Positions 49,630 to 59,062 of a stretch of 64,000 nt of DNA are shown piece after piece (position 1 is the first letter of the stretch; every line of letters starts with the position of its first letter). The notes below the pieces were generated by a model. That model was not told where the DNA came from and did no database searches. It worked only from the letters and a program-made list of their open reading frames with translations. The DNA comes from Roseibacillus sp. Its GTDB lineage: Bacteria > Verrucomicrobiota > Verrucomicrobiia > Verrucomicrobiales > Akkermansiaceae. The stretch lies in NCBI GenBank assembly GCA_965242925.1, contig CBDEUM010000022.1, positions 128,001 through 192,000 on the forward strand. The letters run 5' to 3'. The translations under genes and the position numbers were made by a program.

Positions 49630-50892
49630 CTACTGCGTCCCGCCATCCACGACCAGAACCGAAAGGTAATGCCTGTCCCCGGCCTTCACTTCCTCAATGC
49701 TCCCCGACGTAGCCCTGCCGGTATTGATGGATCGTGACAACAAACCCGGCCTGGTGCCGTGGAGGACCCGGTAAGTCACCTTGCGCCCCTCGATCTCTTT
49801 CCAGTCCAGGGTCAGTTGGCCTTTCCTGGGCTGCCTGACCGAGAGATCTCCCGGGGAGAGAAGCGAAATGCTGGATCCCTGCAAGGCCTGGAGCTCGGCT
49901 GCAATGGCGGCAGAAACCTTGACCGCAGCAGTCTCCCCATCGCCGGTAATGGTGGGCCTCAACGAAGACCTGGCCCCCGAGGCATCAATGCCCGTCTCAA
50001 AGGGGAGGTAGATCCAGTTCTTCCTCGTGGGCCAGCTTATGCGGGAAGTGAGGTTTGTCTCAATCTTGACGGCTCCCGGTTGCCTGGCCGGGTCGGAATT
50101 CCCGGTTTCGAATGCAACATCATCAAGGTAGACCTCCCCGTGACCGTTGGCAACCGCCCCCGTCACGAAACGAAACTTGATCAGGGCATCGACCGCACCA
50201 TCGGGCGCAAGAAGTCCAGGCACCGAGGTTTTTTTCCAGCCCCCTGTCTTTGCCTGAAAAGGGACAAAGTTCCTGGAAGCGAGGACCTCCCCGGACTCCC
50301 CCAGCCAGTCGAGGTGATACTGCTGGATGTAGGAGGGACCGACGCTGATATTCTTGGTCCAGAACGAGAGGTCATAACGGGTGCCTCCCCTGATCTTATT
50401 CCCACCGGCACTGACGGCCTGCGCGAGCGCCCCTTCCTGGGGTGTGGATCCCTCGTTGGCCAGCTTGCAATGCATGCTGAACGACCCGCCGTGGGCTTCC
50501 TTGGTGCTCCTGACGGGCGAATGACTGGCCACCCCGGCCCAGTCATCGACGAAGGACTCGTCGCCTTCCTCAAAGCTCCCATTCGCCAGGACCGAGGAGG
50601 CCGGGACGAATCCCGGACGCATCTGCAGAACGCGGTAGCGCCGCACCACACCGGCCTCCGGGTCCAGGACCGATCGCATGGCATCATTCCCGGGTATGCG
50701 CGGGCCAAGATCCTCCCACATCTCGCTTCGGTCTCCCCCGGCATACTGGACCTGGTATTCAAATTCCCCCGAGGACTGCCAGCTGACCTCGGTACCCGAT
50801 TCAACAGAAACGGGAATCACCTCAGCGAACAAGGCGGATGCTCCGGACAATGCCTGGATGATGACAGCAATACTGGCGGAGAAAAACTTCAC
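49630..50892 (-). CDS. Secreted protein with CBM4/9-like domain and C-terminal Fn3-like domain
   Basis: Signal peptide; 'LANGSFEEG...W', 'YDLSFW', 'VYLDDVAF'; no catalytic domain recognised. Confidence 0.7.
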   Translation of the reverse strand: MKFFSASIAVIIQALSGASALFAEVIPVSVESGTEVSWQSSGEFEYQVQYAGGDRSEMWEDLGPRIPGNDAMRSVLDPEAGVVRRYRVLQMRPGFVPASSVLANGSFEEGDESFVDDWAGVASHSPVRSTKEAHGGSFSMHCKLANEGSTPQEGALAQAVSAGGNKIRGGTRYDLSFWTKNISVGPSYIQQYHLDWLGESGEVLASRNFVPFQAKTGGWKKTSVPGLLAPDGAVDALIKFRFVTGAVANGHGEVYLDDVAFETGNSDPARQPGAVKIETNLTSRISWPTRKNWIYLPFETGIDASGARSSLRPTITGDGETAAVKVSAAIAAELQALQGSSISLLSPGDLSVRQPRKGQLTLDWKEIEGRKVTYRVLHGTRPGLLSRSINTGRATSGSIEEVKAGDRHYLSVLVVDGGTQ

Positions 50893-51122
50893 GTGTGCGG
50901 ACGGTTTGTCTTATTAGCGGAGAGGGATGCCCTTGGTCAACCGTTCCGCTGGCCCAGGAACCTGCCCCCCTCCTCCAGATCCGCTTTGCCGAGCTTCCCG
51001 CCTGCCTGGATCGTGAGAGCCCAGGCACTGGAAGACAAACTCTTGCTTGAAGCTTCTCCCGACCCAAGATCCAATGCCCCCACCATCCTGAAAGAGAATC
51101 ACCAATGCATAACAAACCAATT

Positions 51123-52331
51123 ATGAAAGGGATCCTGTTGGCCGTAACCACCTCGATCTTCTCGATCACCAGCCCGGTCGTGGCCGGCGAGAAACTGAAA
51201 ATCTTCATCCTCGCGGGTCAGTCGAACACGGTCGGTCACGCGAACCCCCACACCCTTGCGACCCTGTATCACTCAGACGATGCGAGAGACAAGAGGCTCA
51301 GACAACTGGTATTCAAGGACGGCAGCGGACTCTCCCGGAAAGCACTGGAGGAACAGCTGACCCAGGCCAGGAAGATCGATGAGCTCACCGGCGGGATTTC
51401 CAACGACAAGATCAAGGCGATGAGTGAAGGGGCCGAAAAAACGGCCCTGGAAGCGGAGGTGAAAACGCTCAAGGACGCGCATGAGGCTTACAAGGACCAG
51501 GTCACCTCGTCGTGCGTCGTCTCCGACCGGGTCTACATCAATTCGATTGCAGACGGCAGCAGGAAGGCGGGAAAGCTCGGCGTCGGTTATGGCGGCGGAG
51601 GGAAAAAGCTGGGGCCTGAGTTTGGATTCGGACTCTCGATCGCGGAGAAGACTGACGGCCCCATCCTGCTGATCAAAACCTCATGGGGCGGCAAGTCCAT
51701 CAATTACGATTTCCGCCCGCCCTCCGCGGGTGACTACGAACTGAACGAAAAGCAGAAGTCGGGCGAAAAGGCGGAGGAGATCAGAAAGAATGCAGGCCTC
51801 AACTGGAGGATGATGAATGAAGCCATCCGTGAAGTGCTCGACAACCTGAAGGACAACCATCCGGCCTATGACCCCGCTGCCGGACATGAGATGGCTGGCT
51901 TCGTCTGGTTTCAGGGCTTCAACGATCAGTTCTCGGAGGAATTCCGGAATAATTACCGGGACATGATGGTTCACTTCATCAAGGACGTGCGCAAGGAATA
52001 CGATACTCCGGAGATGCCCTTTGTGATTGGGGTCCTTGGCACCAACATGACCAAGGAGGGAGTGGACAAAAATGCCGTTTCGGTAGCCCAGCGGGAGGCC
52101 GCCAAGGCGCCGGAATTCAAGGACAACGTCCTGTCGGTTGAGAGCTACAAGGATTACTCCCTTTTCTCGCATGAGATCTACAGCAAGGGTTGGCCCAAGC
52201 ATTACCATGAGTGGGATACAGTGGGCAGTGATCGCCCCTACCATTACCTCGGCAGCGGCACCTTCTTCGCCCGGCTTGGGGATTCCTTCGCAACGGCGAT
52301 GGCCGAACTGATCGGGAAGCAGGGGAAGTGA
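51123..52331 (+). CDS. SGNH carbohydrate esterase (sialate O-acetylesterase / SASA-like)
   Basis: 'FILAGQSN', 'GPEFGFG', 'LIKTSWGG', 'GFVWFQGFND', 'YHYLG'. Confidence 0.85.
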   Translation: MKGILLAVTTSIFSITSPVVAGEKLKIFILAGQSNTVGHANPHTLATLYHSDDARDKRLRQLVFKDGSGLSRKALEEQLTQARKIDELTGGISNDKIKAMSEGAEKTALEAEVKTLKDAHEAYKDQVTSSCVVSDRVYINSIADGSRKAGKLGVGYGGGGKKLGPEFGFGLSIAEKTDGPILLIKTSWGGKSINYDFRPPSAGDYELNEKQKSGEKAEEIRKNAGLNWRMMNEAIREVLDNLKDNHPAYDPAAGHEMAGFVWFQGFNDQFSEEFRNNYRDMMVHFIKDVRKEYDTPEMPFVIGVLGTNMTKEGVDKNAVSVAQREAAKAPEFKDNVLSVESYKDYSLFSHEIYSKGWPKHYHEWDTVGSDRPYHYLGSGTFFARLGDSFATAMAELIGKQGK

Positions 52332-52350
52332 CGTGGCTCAACACCGCCTC

Positions 52351-53863
52351 ATGAAGACAATAACAGCAACTTTCGCTCCCCTCCTGCTGATCGAGTCCCT
52401 CCTCGCCGCCGATCCACTCACCATCGGTTCTGAGGCCGAATGGAAGCAGGCCATCGCCGCATCCGAGGGCGTCGCCATCCGAAACGGCATGGTGGAACCC
52501 ACCGGCAAGACGGGCACCATCAGGACCAGGATCCACAAGTTCGACAGCAAGCGCTGCCCTTCCTCCCTGGTCATCAGGCAGTCCGCCATCTGGCAGAACT
52601 GGAACCCGATCGAAAACCTCGGACCCGCCAACCTGCGCGATGCCCCGGTCCTGCTCACCGTGGGCCCGGGCAACTACTGGATGTTCGGCCGCTACGGCGG
52701 CCTGCAACCGAGGCGCAAGAAGGGCCAGAAGGCCAAGGCGTTACCGCCTTCACCCGGAGCCCGCGAAGCTCGAGGGCTTTGACATCCCCCTGCAGACCAC
52801 GCCTGATGAGAACCAGTACAATGCCCCCGGGGGACTGAAGAAAGGCAAGGGCGGCTACCATGCCTGGCAAAGCCGCGACATGAAGACCTGGGTCCATCAC
52901 GGACCCGTCACCGAGGGATTCTCCAAGTGGGTGACCAGTGCCGAGTGGGTCGATGGCAAGGCCTACATCTACTACGACTTCCCCAACGACCAGGACCCGC
53001 ATGTCTACGTTGATGCGGACCTGACCGACGGCGAACCCGGCCAGAACATGGGTCTTGCGGTGGCCGACCCGTCCCACGGCTCCGATGCCGGCTTCATCCG
53101 CGATCTCGATGGCAAGATGCACGTCATCATCGAGGACTGGAGCCCCATCTCCGCCAACAAGCGGTCCTGGGACTCCCCCCTCGCCGGGCATGCGGTGAGC
53201 AGGAACGGGCTCAACGGATTCAAGTTCGGCCCCCCGGCTGTCGACAACCGCACCAAGCCCACCGGCAAGGTGGCCACCTACAAACATCCCCACTGGATGA
53301 AGGAAGACCCCAAGCGCTTTCCCTCCAACATCGCCGAATACGAAATCCACGAACCCGAGCAGGAAGCCTACGGGGACTGGGCCGCCATCTGCATCGGGGG
53401 CCAGTACTACCTCTTTGGGGACTACGACCCCGCCGGCGGCCACCAGATGGCGGTAGGCTGGTTCACCTCTACCTCCATCGACCAGCAATTCACCTGGTGC
53501 GACAAGATCGGCAATGGCCATCCCGATCCCGATGTCTGTTTTGCCGAGGGCCGGTTCTACCTCGCCACCCAGCAGCGCACCGACTACGTCAGCCCGGGCC
53601 CCTGGGTGGAATCCGTCGAGGCCCGCGTCGGCGTGGACACGGATAACGACGGGAAGGTCAACACCTGGGGCAAGTGGAGCGAACTCAGGGAACGCTATAA
53701 CTACATCGAGGGCTTCTCCAAGCAGGTGAAGCGCACCCCGGCCGAACTCGACCTTTCCGACCTGCCCGCCGGGCACGGTTTCCAGATCGAACTCAAGCTC
53801 ACCGATACCACCGGGAACAAATCCAAACCGATGATCGAAAGCCTGATCCTTTCCTTCGAGTAG
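52351..53863 (+). pseudogene. Secreted putative beta-propeller glycoside-hydrolase-like protein, apparent +1 frameshift near 52752
   Basis: Signal peptide and 'DAPVLL...YWMFGRYG' in one frame; 'YHAWQSRDMKTWVHHGPV', 'GHPDPD' in the next. Confidence 0.65.
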
Positions 53864-53944
53864 GACCCCATCCCTCAGGAACCGGCCGTGCTACCCTCAC
53901 GGTGGCTGAGAAGAACGCCCGAGAACACCTGATCTGTTTTCCGC

Positions 53945-56449
53945 ATGACCCATAGTGCCCGCCCTGATCTCCAGAACCCCTTGGGAAAGCTCCTGTCGGT
54001 CTGCCTTTGTGCCCTCTCTCTCGGCGTCACAGCCTCCGCGGCAGACGTTTCTTCCCAACCCCTCGCGTGGATTCATTTCAGCCGAGACGACAAGGACATT
54101 TCTCTCTTCAATGGTTACCCCATGTACTTCGTCTCAGGGGGGGGGCTGGAGATCAATTTGGACGTTGATCCAGACCCAGAGCATTCACTGGCGTTCATGT
54201 GGCTTTGCAAGGAAAACCCAGGTCGTGGTTCCAGTCGCTCCATGAAGGTGCTTGTAAATGGAAACGAAAAAATCCTCACCCATGCGGCCGTCGGCGATAA
54301 AGAGGGCGCGTTCTTCTGGGACGTCGTGCCAGTCACCGCTTTCGGCATCAACAAGAGGGAAAAGGGAAATTACCACATTGTGGCCAACCGCAACCCGGAG
54401 GGAAACCACTCCAGCGTCGTCCTCCAGGGGATCAGGCTGATCACCGACGAAAAGCAGCTCGAAACCCTGGCCCTGCCCGCCACGACCCGGAAGGCCCGGT
54501 TCATCACACCGGGACCACTGGGCAAGGATGAGCAGTTGGCACGAAAAGTGGACCGGCACGCCGCCCGGAAGCGAATCCACAGGAACTGGGTGGGAGAAAA
54601 GAAGCTCTCAAAGAAAGCAATCCAGGAGGACGAATTTCTCTCCGCCGCACAAAAATTTGCCGACACCGCCATCATGCACGGGCGGGACGAATACGGACCG
54701 GAGAACTCCGCCTTGTTCGTGCAGCACCTGAACCGGGAAACCCTCAAGGCTCCCGGCACGCTGGGATGGCTGAAACCATCCCAGGGCGGCCCAAACCATC
54801 CCGTGATTCTCTCGCGATTCGAGCGCTCCCAGAACCTGCTCAGGTTCCTTGCCTCCATGAGCCTGTTCACGGGTGACACCAGGTATGCGGAGGCGGTCAT
54901 GGACTCGATGATCTGCATGTTCGAGGACTACATCTACCCCCGGAGCGGATTACTGGCATTTGGAAACCACATGTCGATCGACCTGGTCGAGGGACAGGCC
55001 TACAGCGACGGCAGGGGCAGCGAACAGTTTGAGCTCCAGGAAACATTCCCGTTCTATGAATTCTTCCATGACGTCTCTCCCGGGAAAACCTCCAGGTTCA
55101 TCAAGGGAATATGGGAAACCTACATCCGGGACTGGCACTCGATGCGCTACAATCGCCACGCGAATTTCAATACCCGTGTTGACATTGAGACGGTCTGGAA
55201 CCGCCCCCTCCGGGAAGTGGCGGATCTCCCCGAGTTTACCCAGGGCGGCGAACTGTCCTTCATCGCCCTCGCCTATGATCTCGCCTACAGCGGCTTCACC
55301 CTCGGCTGCCTTGAAGACGACCTGAAGCCACGAACCTGGGCGAACCGGATCCTCGAAGTCGTCGCGGCGAAGAGCGATCCGAAAACAGGGATCTGGCCCA
55401 TGATGCTCTATCCTCCCCCCTTCTACCGGCGCGGGCTCGAGACCTACGTTGAGGCCTACCCCGACTCGAAGGCCAATGAGGCCCGGGTGATCATCTCGAG
55501 CTGGATCAACAGCGTTCCCATCCACGCCCTCGGCGTCCTGGGCACGATCGAACAGGCCAAGAAGCACGGCCGATACGAAGAAATAAGGAAGGTCCATGAA
55601 ACAGTGGACCAGTGGATCCTGAACTACATGCAGGCGGCCTATGATCCAAGGGCTCACCACCTGAGGAGCATCCTGCTGGATGGTCAGGACGTGACCGATC
55701 TCGTGTTTACCGAGGAAGCAACCCTTCACGGCTGGGGGGCGCAGCCCAAGGGGTCATTCCGGCATCGGCCCGTTACCCCGACGTTCTTTGCCGCCGTCGC
55801 GCAGGGCTTTCGTTTGTGCACTTCCCCCGGATCCAGGACCCGCTACTGGAAGCTCCTGCGGAATCTCTACCGGGGAGCCGGACTGGGGGACATCGGGGAG
55901 AACAGCAAGGCCATCCCCACCTTCAACTATGAAGCGAAGAACGGGGCGGAGGATGGATACGTGTTCGCACTCTCCGAGATCTACCGCGTGACCCGGAACC
56001 CTGAAACCCTGAAGTTCATGGAGCATCTGGGAAGGGAAATCATCAGGCGCCGACAGGATTCCGGGAGCGGCCTTTTCGTGGTGGAAGCGGACCGGAAGCA
56101 GAATTTCCCAGCCCTGAAGGAATTCAAGCAGTCGCCCCACGAGGGAATTACGGTGAAGGACATGATGAGGGAAAAGTTCGGGAGTAATCAGCTGGATTAC
56201 GACCGACCAAAAGTCGTGCCCCTGAACATCACCGAACCTCTCGCCCTCCTCGCAATTTATGGATGCCGAACCGGAGAATTCGAAAAAATCCCCTCCTGGG
56301 TCTCGATCGGCATGGCCCACCATGCGGTTATGAGGGAGCAGGAAATCTGGTTCGATCGATCGAAGTTGGAGAGCTACTACAAGGATCGGAAGGACTACAT
56401 CAAGGCCAGAGGATTCGTCGTGAACGAAGGCTGGTTTCCGGAGAAATAG
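53945..56449 (+). CDS. Polysaccharide lyase family 2 (periplasmic pectate lyase-like) protein with extra N-terminal domain
   Basis: 'QNLLRFLASMSLFTGDTRY', 'SGLLAFGNHMSIDL', 'FELQETFPFYE', 'FIKGIWETYIRDW..MRYNRH' resemble PL2 blocks as I recall them. Confidence 0.7.
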   Translation: MTHSARPDLQNPLGKLLSVCLCALSLGVTASAADVSSQPLAWIHFSRDDKDISLFNGYPMYFVSGGGLEINLDVDPDPEHSLAFMWLCKENPGRGSSRSMKVLVNGNEKILTHAAVGDKEGAFFWDVVPVTAFGINKREKGNYHIVANRNPEGNHSSVVLQGIRLITDEKQLETLALPATTRKARFITPGPLGKDEQLARKVDRHAARKRIHRNWVGEKKLSKKAIQEDEFLSAAQKFADTAIMHGRDEYGPENSALFVQHLNRETLKAPGTLGWLKPSQGGPNHPVILSRFERSQNLLRFLASMSLFTGDTRYAEAVMDSMICMFEDYIYPRSGLLAFGNHMSIDLVEGQAYSDGRGSEQFELQETFPFYEFFHDVSPGKTSRFIKGIWETYIRDWHSMRYNRHANFNTRVDIETVWNRPLREVADLPEFTQGGELSFIALAYDLAYSGFTLGCLEDDLKPRTWANRILEVVAAKSDPKTGIWPMMLYPPPFYRRGLETYVEAYPDSKANEARVIISSWINSVPIHALGVLGTIEQAKKHGRYEEIRKVHETVDQWILNYMQAAYDPRAHHLRSILLDGQDVTDLVFTEEATLHGWGAQPKGSFRHRPVTPTFFAAVAQGFRLCTSPGSRTRYWKLLRNLYRGAGLGDIGENSKAIPTFNYEAKNGAEDGYVFALSEIYRVTRNPETLKFMEHLGREIIRRRQDSGSGLFVVEADRKQNFPALKEFKQSPHEGITVKDMMREKFGSNQLDYDRPKVVPLNITEPLALLAIYGCRTGEFEKIPSWVSIGMAHHAVMREQEIWFDRSKLESYYKDRKDYIKARGFVVNEGWFPEK

Positions 56450-56589
56450 GTGACGCCCGGAGCAGGGTGTCAGGGCTTAGTCAACCCGATCAACAGCAGG
56501 GCCGCCGCTCCTGAGGCTATAAGCTTGCCTTTCCCCTTTTCTTTTGGTCCGGGACTGACCGCTTCCCCGGCCGAAATCCCGGAAACCAA

Positions 56590-56664
56590 TGGTACCCCGG
56601 GCGGGAATCGAACCCACATCTAAGGTTTAGGAAACCCTTGTTCTATCCGTTGAACTACCGGGGC
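56590..56664 (-). tRNA. tRNA-Arg (CCT)
   Basis: Reverse complement GCCCCGGTAGTTCAACGGATAGAACAAGGGTTTCCTAAACCTTAGATGTGGGTTCGATTCCCGCCCGGGGTACCA; loop TT-CCT-AA. Confidence 0.95.
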
Positions 56665-56876
56665 GCAGGGCGGGAAGATCCTAGCCCCCACGGTCCGCTT
56701 GGCAAGGGAGGGATTCCTGCCCCATCCCCGACCAGGACATCCCCCCGGTCCGGGAGACCCCCCGCAGAATCATCCTGCCACCCCGGGGGGCAGTGAAGAA
56801 GCCCCAACTCTCCCCGAAATCGGATTGGCAATTCAGTCAATCGAGATGACAGTGCCATCCCATGAAGTGCCGCCCC

Positions 56877-58880
56877 ATGAAGATCCTGCTTTCCGCGTCT
56901 TCTGCCCTTCCCCTCCTTGCCCTCACCCCGCCCCTCTTCGCAGCTGAAACGGTCCTGGTGGCAGATGATCCGGCTGCCACGGTCACCGCCCTCGTCCCCA
57001 CTGCCGGGAATGGCGGCAACGCCCTCTCGGTCGCGGACTGGACCAACGTGGCCGCTCCGCCCAATGCCGCGAACTGGAGCGCCGGAACCACCGGGATCGG
57101 CTATGAAGCGAACCCGACCTCAGGCACCAGCTACGCCGGACTCCTCGGACTGGATCTCCAGGACGTCATGGAGGACATCAATGCCACCGCCTACATCCGG
57201 ATTCCCTGCACCATTGACCAGGCCACCCTCAATTCCGCCCAAGGGCTCTTCCTGGACATGAAGTATGACGACGGCTTCATTGCCTACCTCAACGGAGTGC
57301 AGGTCGCGGCCGCCAATGCTCCCCTGCAACCCGGCCCCTCCTCTGCTGCCAGTGCCAACAATTCCGATTCCAGCGCCCTCCAGTTCGAACGATTCGATCT
57401 GAGCGCCTTCCTGCCCCTGCTCAATCCCGGCAGCAACATGCTCGCCCTCCACGGACTGAATGGGGGGGCCAGCAGCAGTGACTTCCTCATCCTGCCCCGC
57501 CTCCTCACCAGCGACATCGCGCCTCCGGTCTGGCCCGACCTTCAACTGGGCAATCCCGTCATCACCACCGCCAACAGCCCCGTCGATCTCATCAATGCCG
57601 GCGATGGCAGTGACCGGCTCTTCATCGTGGAGCGAGGAGGCCGCATCCGGATCTGGGACGGCGGTGCCCTGCGGACATTTCTCGATATCCGCTCCAGCGT
57701 GAACACCAACGACAGCGGCGGCGATGAACGTGGTCTGCTGGGACTCGCCTTTTCACCCGACTATGCCACCAAAGGACACTTCTACGTCAACTACATCAGC
57801 AACAACGCATCCCGTCGCGGCGACACCGTGATCTCCCGCTTCTCGGTGAACCCAGCCAATCCCGACGATGCCCTTGAGGCCAGCGAGGAAGTTCTCCTCG
57901 TCATCGATCAGCCCCAGTCAAACCACAACGGTGGCCAGATCCACTTCGGTCCGGATGGCTACCTCTATATCGGAATGGGTGACGGAGGTGGGGCCGGGGA
58001 CGCCCATGGCTCAATCGGTAACGGACAGGCCACCAACACCTTCCTGGGCAAGATGCTGCGCATCGACGTGGAGGGCGCTCCCGACCCCCGCTCCAATTAC
58101 GCCATCCCGCCCGACAACCCCTTCCTTCTCGACCCCCAGGTCCCCAACGAGATCTGGGCCTTCGGACTACGCAACCCGTGGCGCTGGTCATTCGACCGCA
58201 AGACCGGTGACATGTATATCGCGGACGTGGGACAGTACGACTGGGAGGAAGTCAACTTCGTCCCGGCCTCCAGCACGGGCGGCGAGAACTTCCAGTGGCG
58301 GCGGATCGAGGGGTTCAACACCTTCAACTCCGGAACCCGCCTCACCAAGGGAACCTCCACCGATCCGGTATTCGAGTACGACCACAACGCCGGAAGTTCC
58401 ATCACCGGTGGTTACATCTACCGGGGACGTAGCTTCCCCCGTATGGAAGGAATTTATTTCTTTGGCGACTACAACTCGGGTCGGATCTGGGGACTCCAGC
58501 GGGACCCCGCGGGCAACTGGATCAATCGCCAGTTCCTCGACACCTCGCTGCGTATCTCTGCCTTTGGCGAGGACGAGGAGGGCAACCTCTACGTGGCCTC
58601 CCTCTTCACCGGCGACATCTACCGGTTCAGCGACACCCGAGGCGCGAACTACCTGCAGGTCACCGAGGCTTCCTTCACCCCGCAGGGCCGCGCTGAGATC
58701 AGCTTCGGCACGGAGACCGGCAGGCTCTACCAGCTCCAGTGGTCCACCGACCTGCAAAACTGGGCCAACCTCGGCACGCCCCGGTCGGCCTCCGGCTTCG
58801 AGCTCGAACTCACTGGTATTCTCCCGGCCCTGAATCTCCCGGAAGCGGCCTACTTCCGGGCCCTTGAGCTGGCCAATTGA
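56877..58880 (+). CDS. PQQ-dependent glucose/sorbosone dehydrogenase-family protein with N-terminal beta-sandwich and C-terminal module
   Basis: 'ERGLLGLAFSPDY', 'NHNGGQIHFGPDGYLYIGMGDGG', 'GKMLRID', 'GLRNPWRWSFD', 'DVGQ..WEEVN'. Confidence 0.9.
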   Translation: MKILLSASSALPLLALTPPLFAAETVLVADDPAATVTALVPTAGNGGNALSVADWTNVAAPPNAANWSAGTTGIGYEANPTSGTSYAGLLGLDLQDVMEDINATAYIRIPCTIDQATLNSAQGLFLDMKYDDGFIAYLNGVQVAAANAPLQPGPSSAASANNSDSSALQFERFDLSAFLPLLNPGSNMLALHGLNGGASSSDFLILPRLLTSDIAPPVWPDLQLGNPVITTANSPVDLINAGDGSDRLFIVERGGRIRIWDGGALRTFLDIRSSVNTNDSGGDERGLLGLAFSPDYATKGHFYVNYISNNASRRGDTVISRFSVNPANPDDALEASEEVLLVIDQPQSNHNGGQIHFGPDGYLYIGMGDGGGAGDAHGSIGNGQATNTFLGKMLRIDVEGAPDPRSNYAIPPDNPFLLDPQVPNEIWAFGLRNPWRWSFDRKTGDMYIADVGQYDWEEVNFVPASSTGGENFQWRRIEGFNTFNSGTRLTKGTSTDPVFEYDHNAGSSITGGYIYRGRSFPRMEGIYFFGDYNSGRIWGLQRDPAGNWINRQFLDTSLRISAFGEDEEGNLYVASLFTGDIYRFSDTRGANYLQVTEASFTPQGRAEISFGTETGRLYQLQWSTDLQNWANLGTPRSASGFELELTGILPALNLPEAAYFRALELAN

Positions 58881-59062
58881 GTTCGCGGAGGATTGGCCCG
58901 GGGCAACGTAAGAGCCGACGCCTTCTTCCTGCGTCCGGATTGCGGGATAATCCGTGACCTCAACCTGGGTTGTGATCCGCAGGAGCATCATCGCGTCTCT
59001 TTTCCCGCTGGCCCCCATCTCGCCATGAGACCATCCTCACACCCTGACCTCGTACTACCTGC

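Noticed and set aside
54137..54145. G9 tract in the PL2-like gene as a phase-variation switch
   Set aside because: In frame (Gly codons); C8 runs also occur at about 4212 and 40569, so it is not exceptional here without read-level length variation
49600..56664. Integrative element at tRNA-Arg or the tRNA-Gly genes
   Set aside because: No integrase or transposase, and I found no duplicated tRNA 3' end by eye
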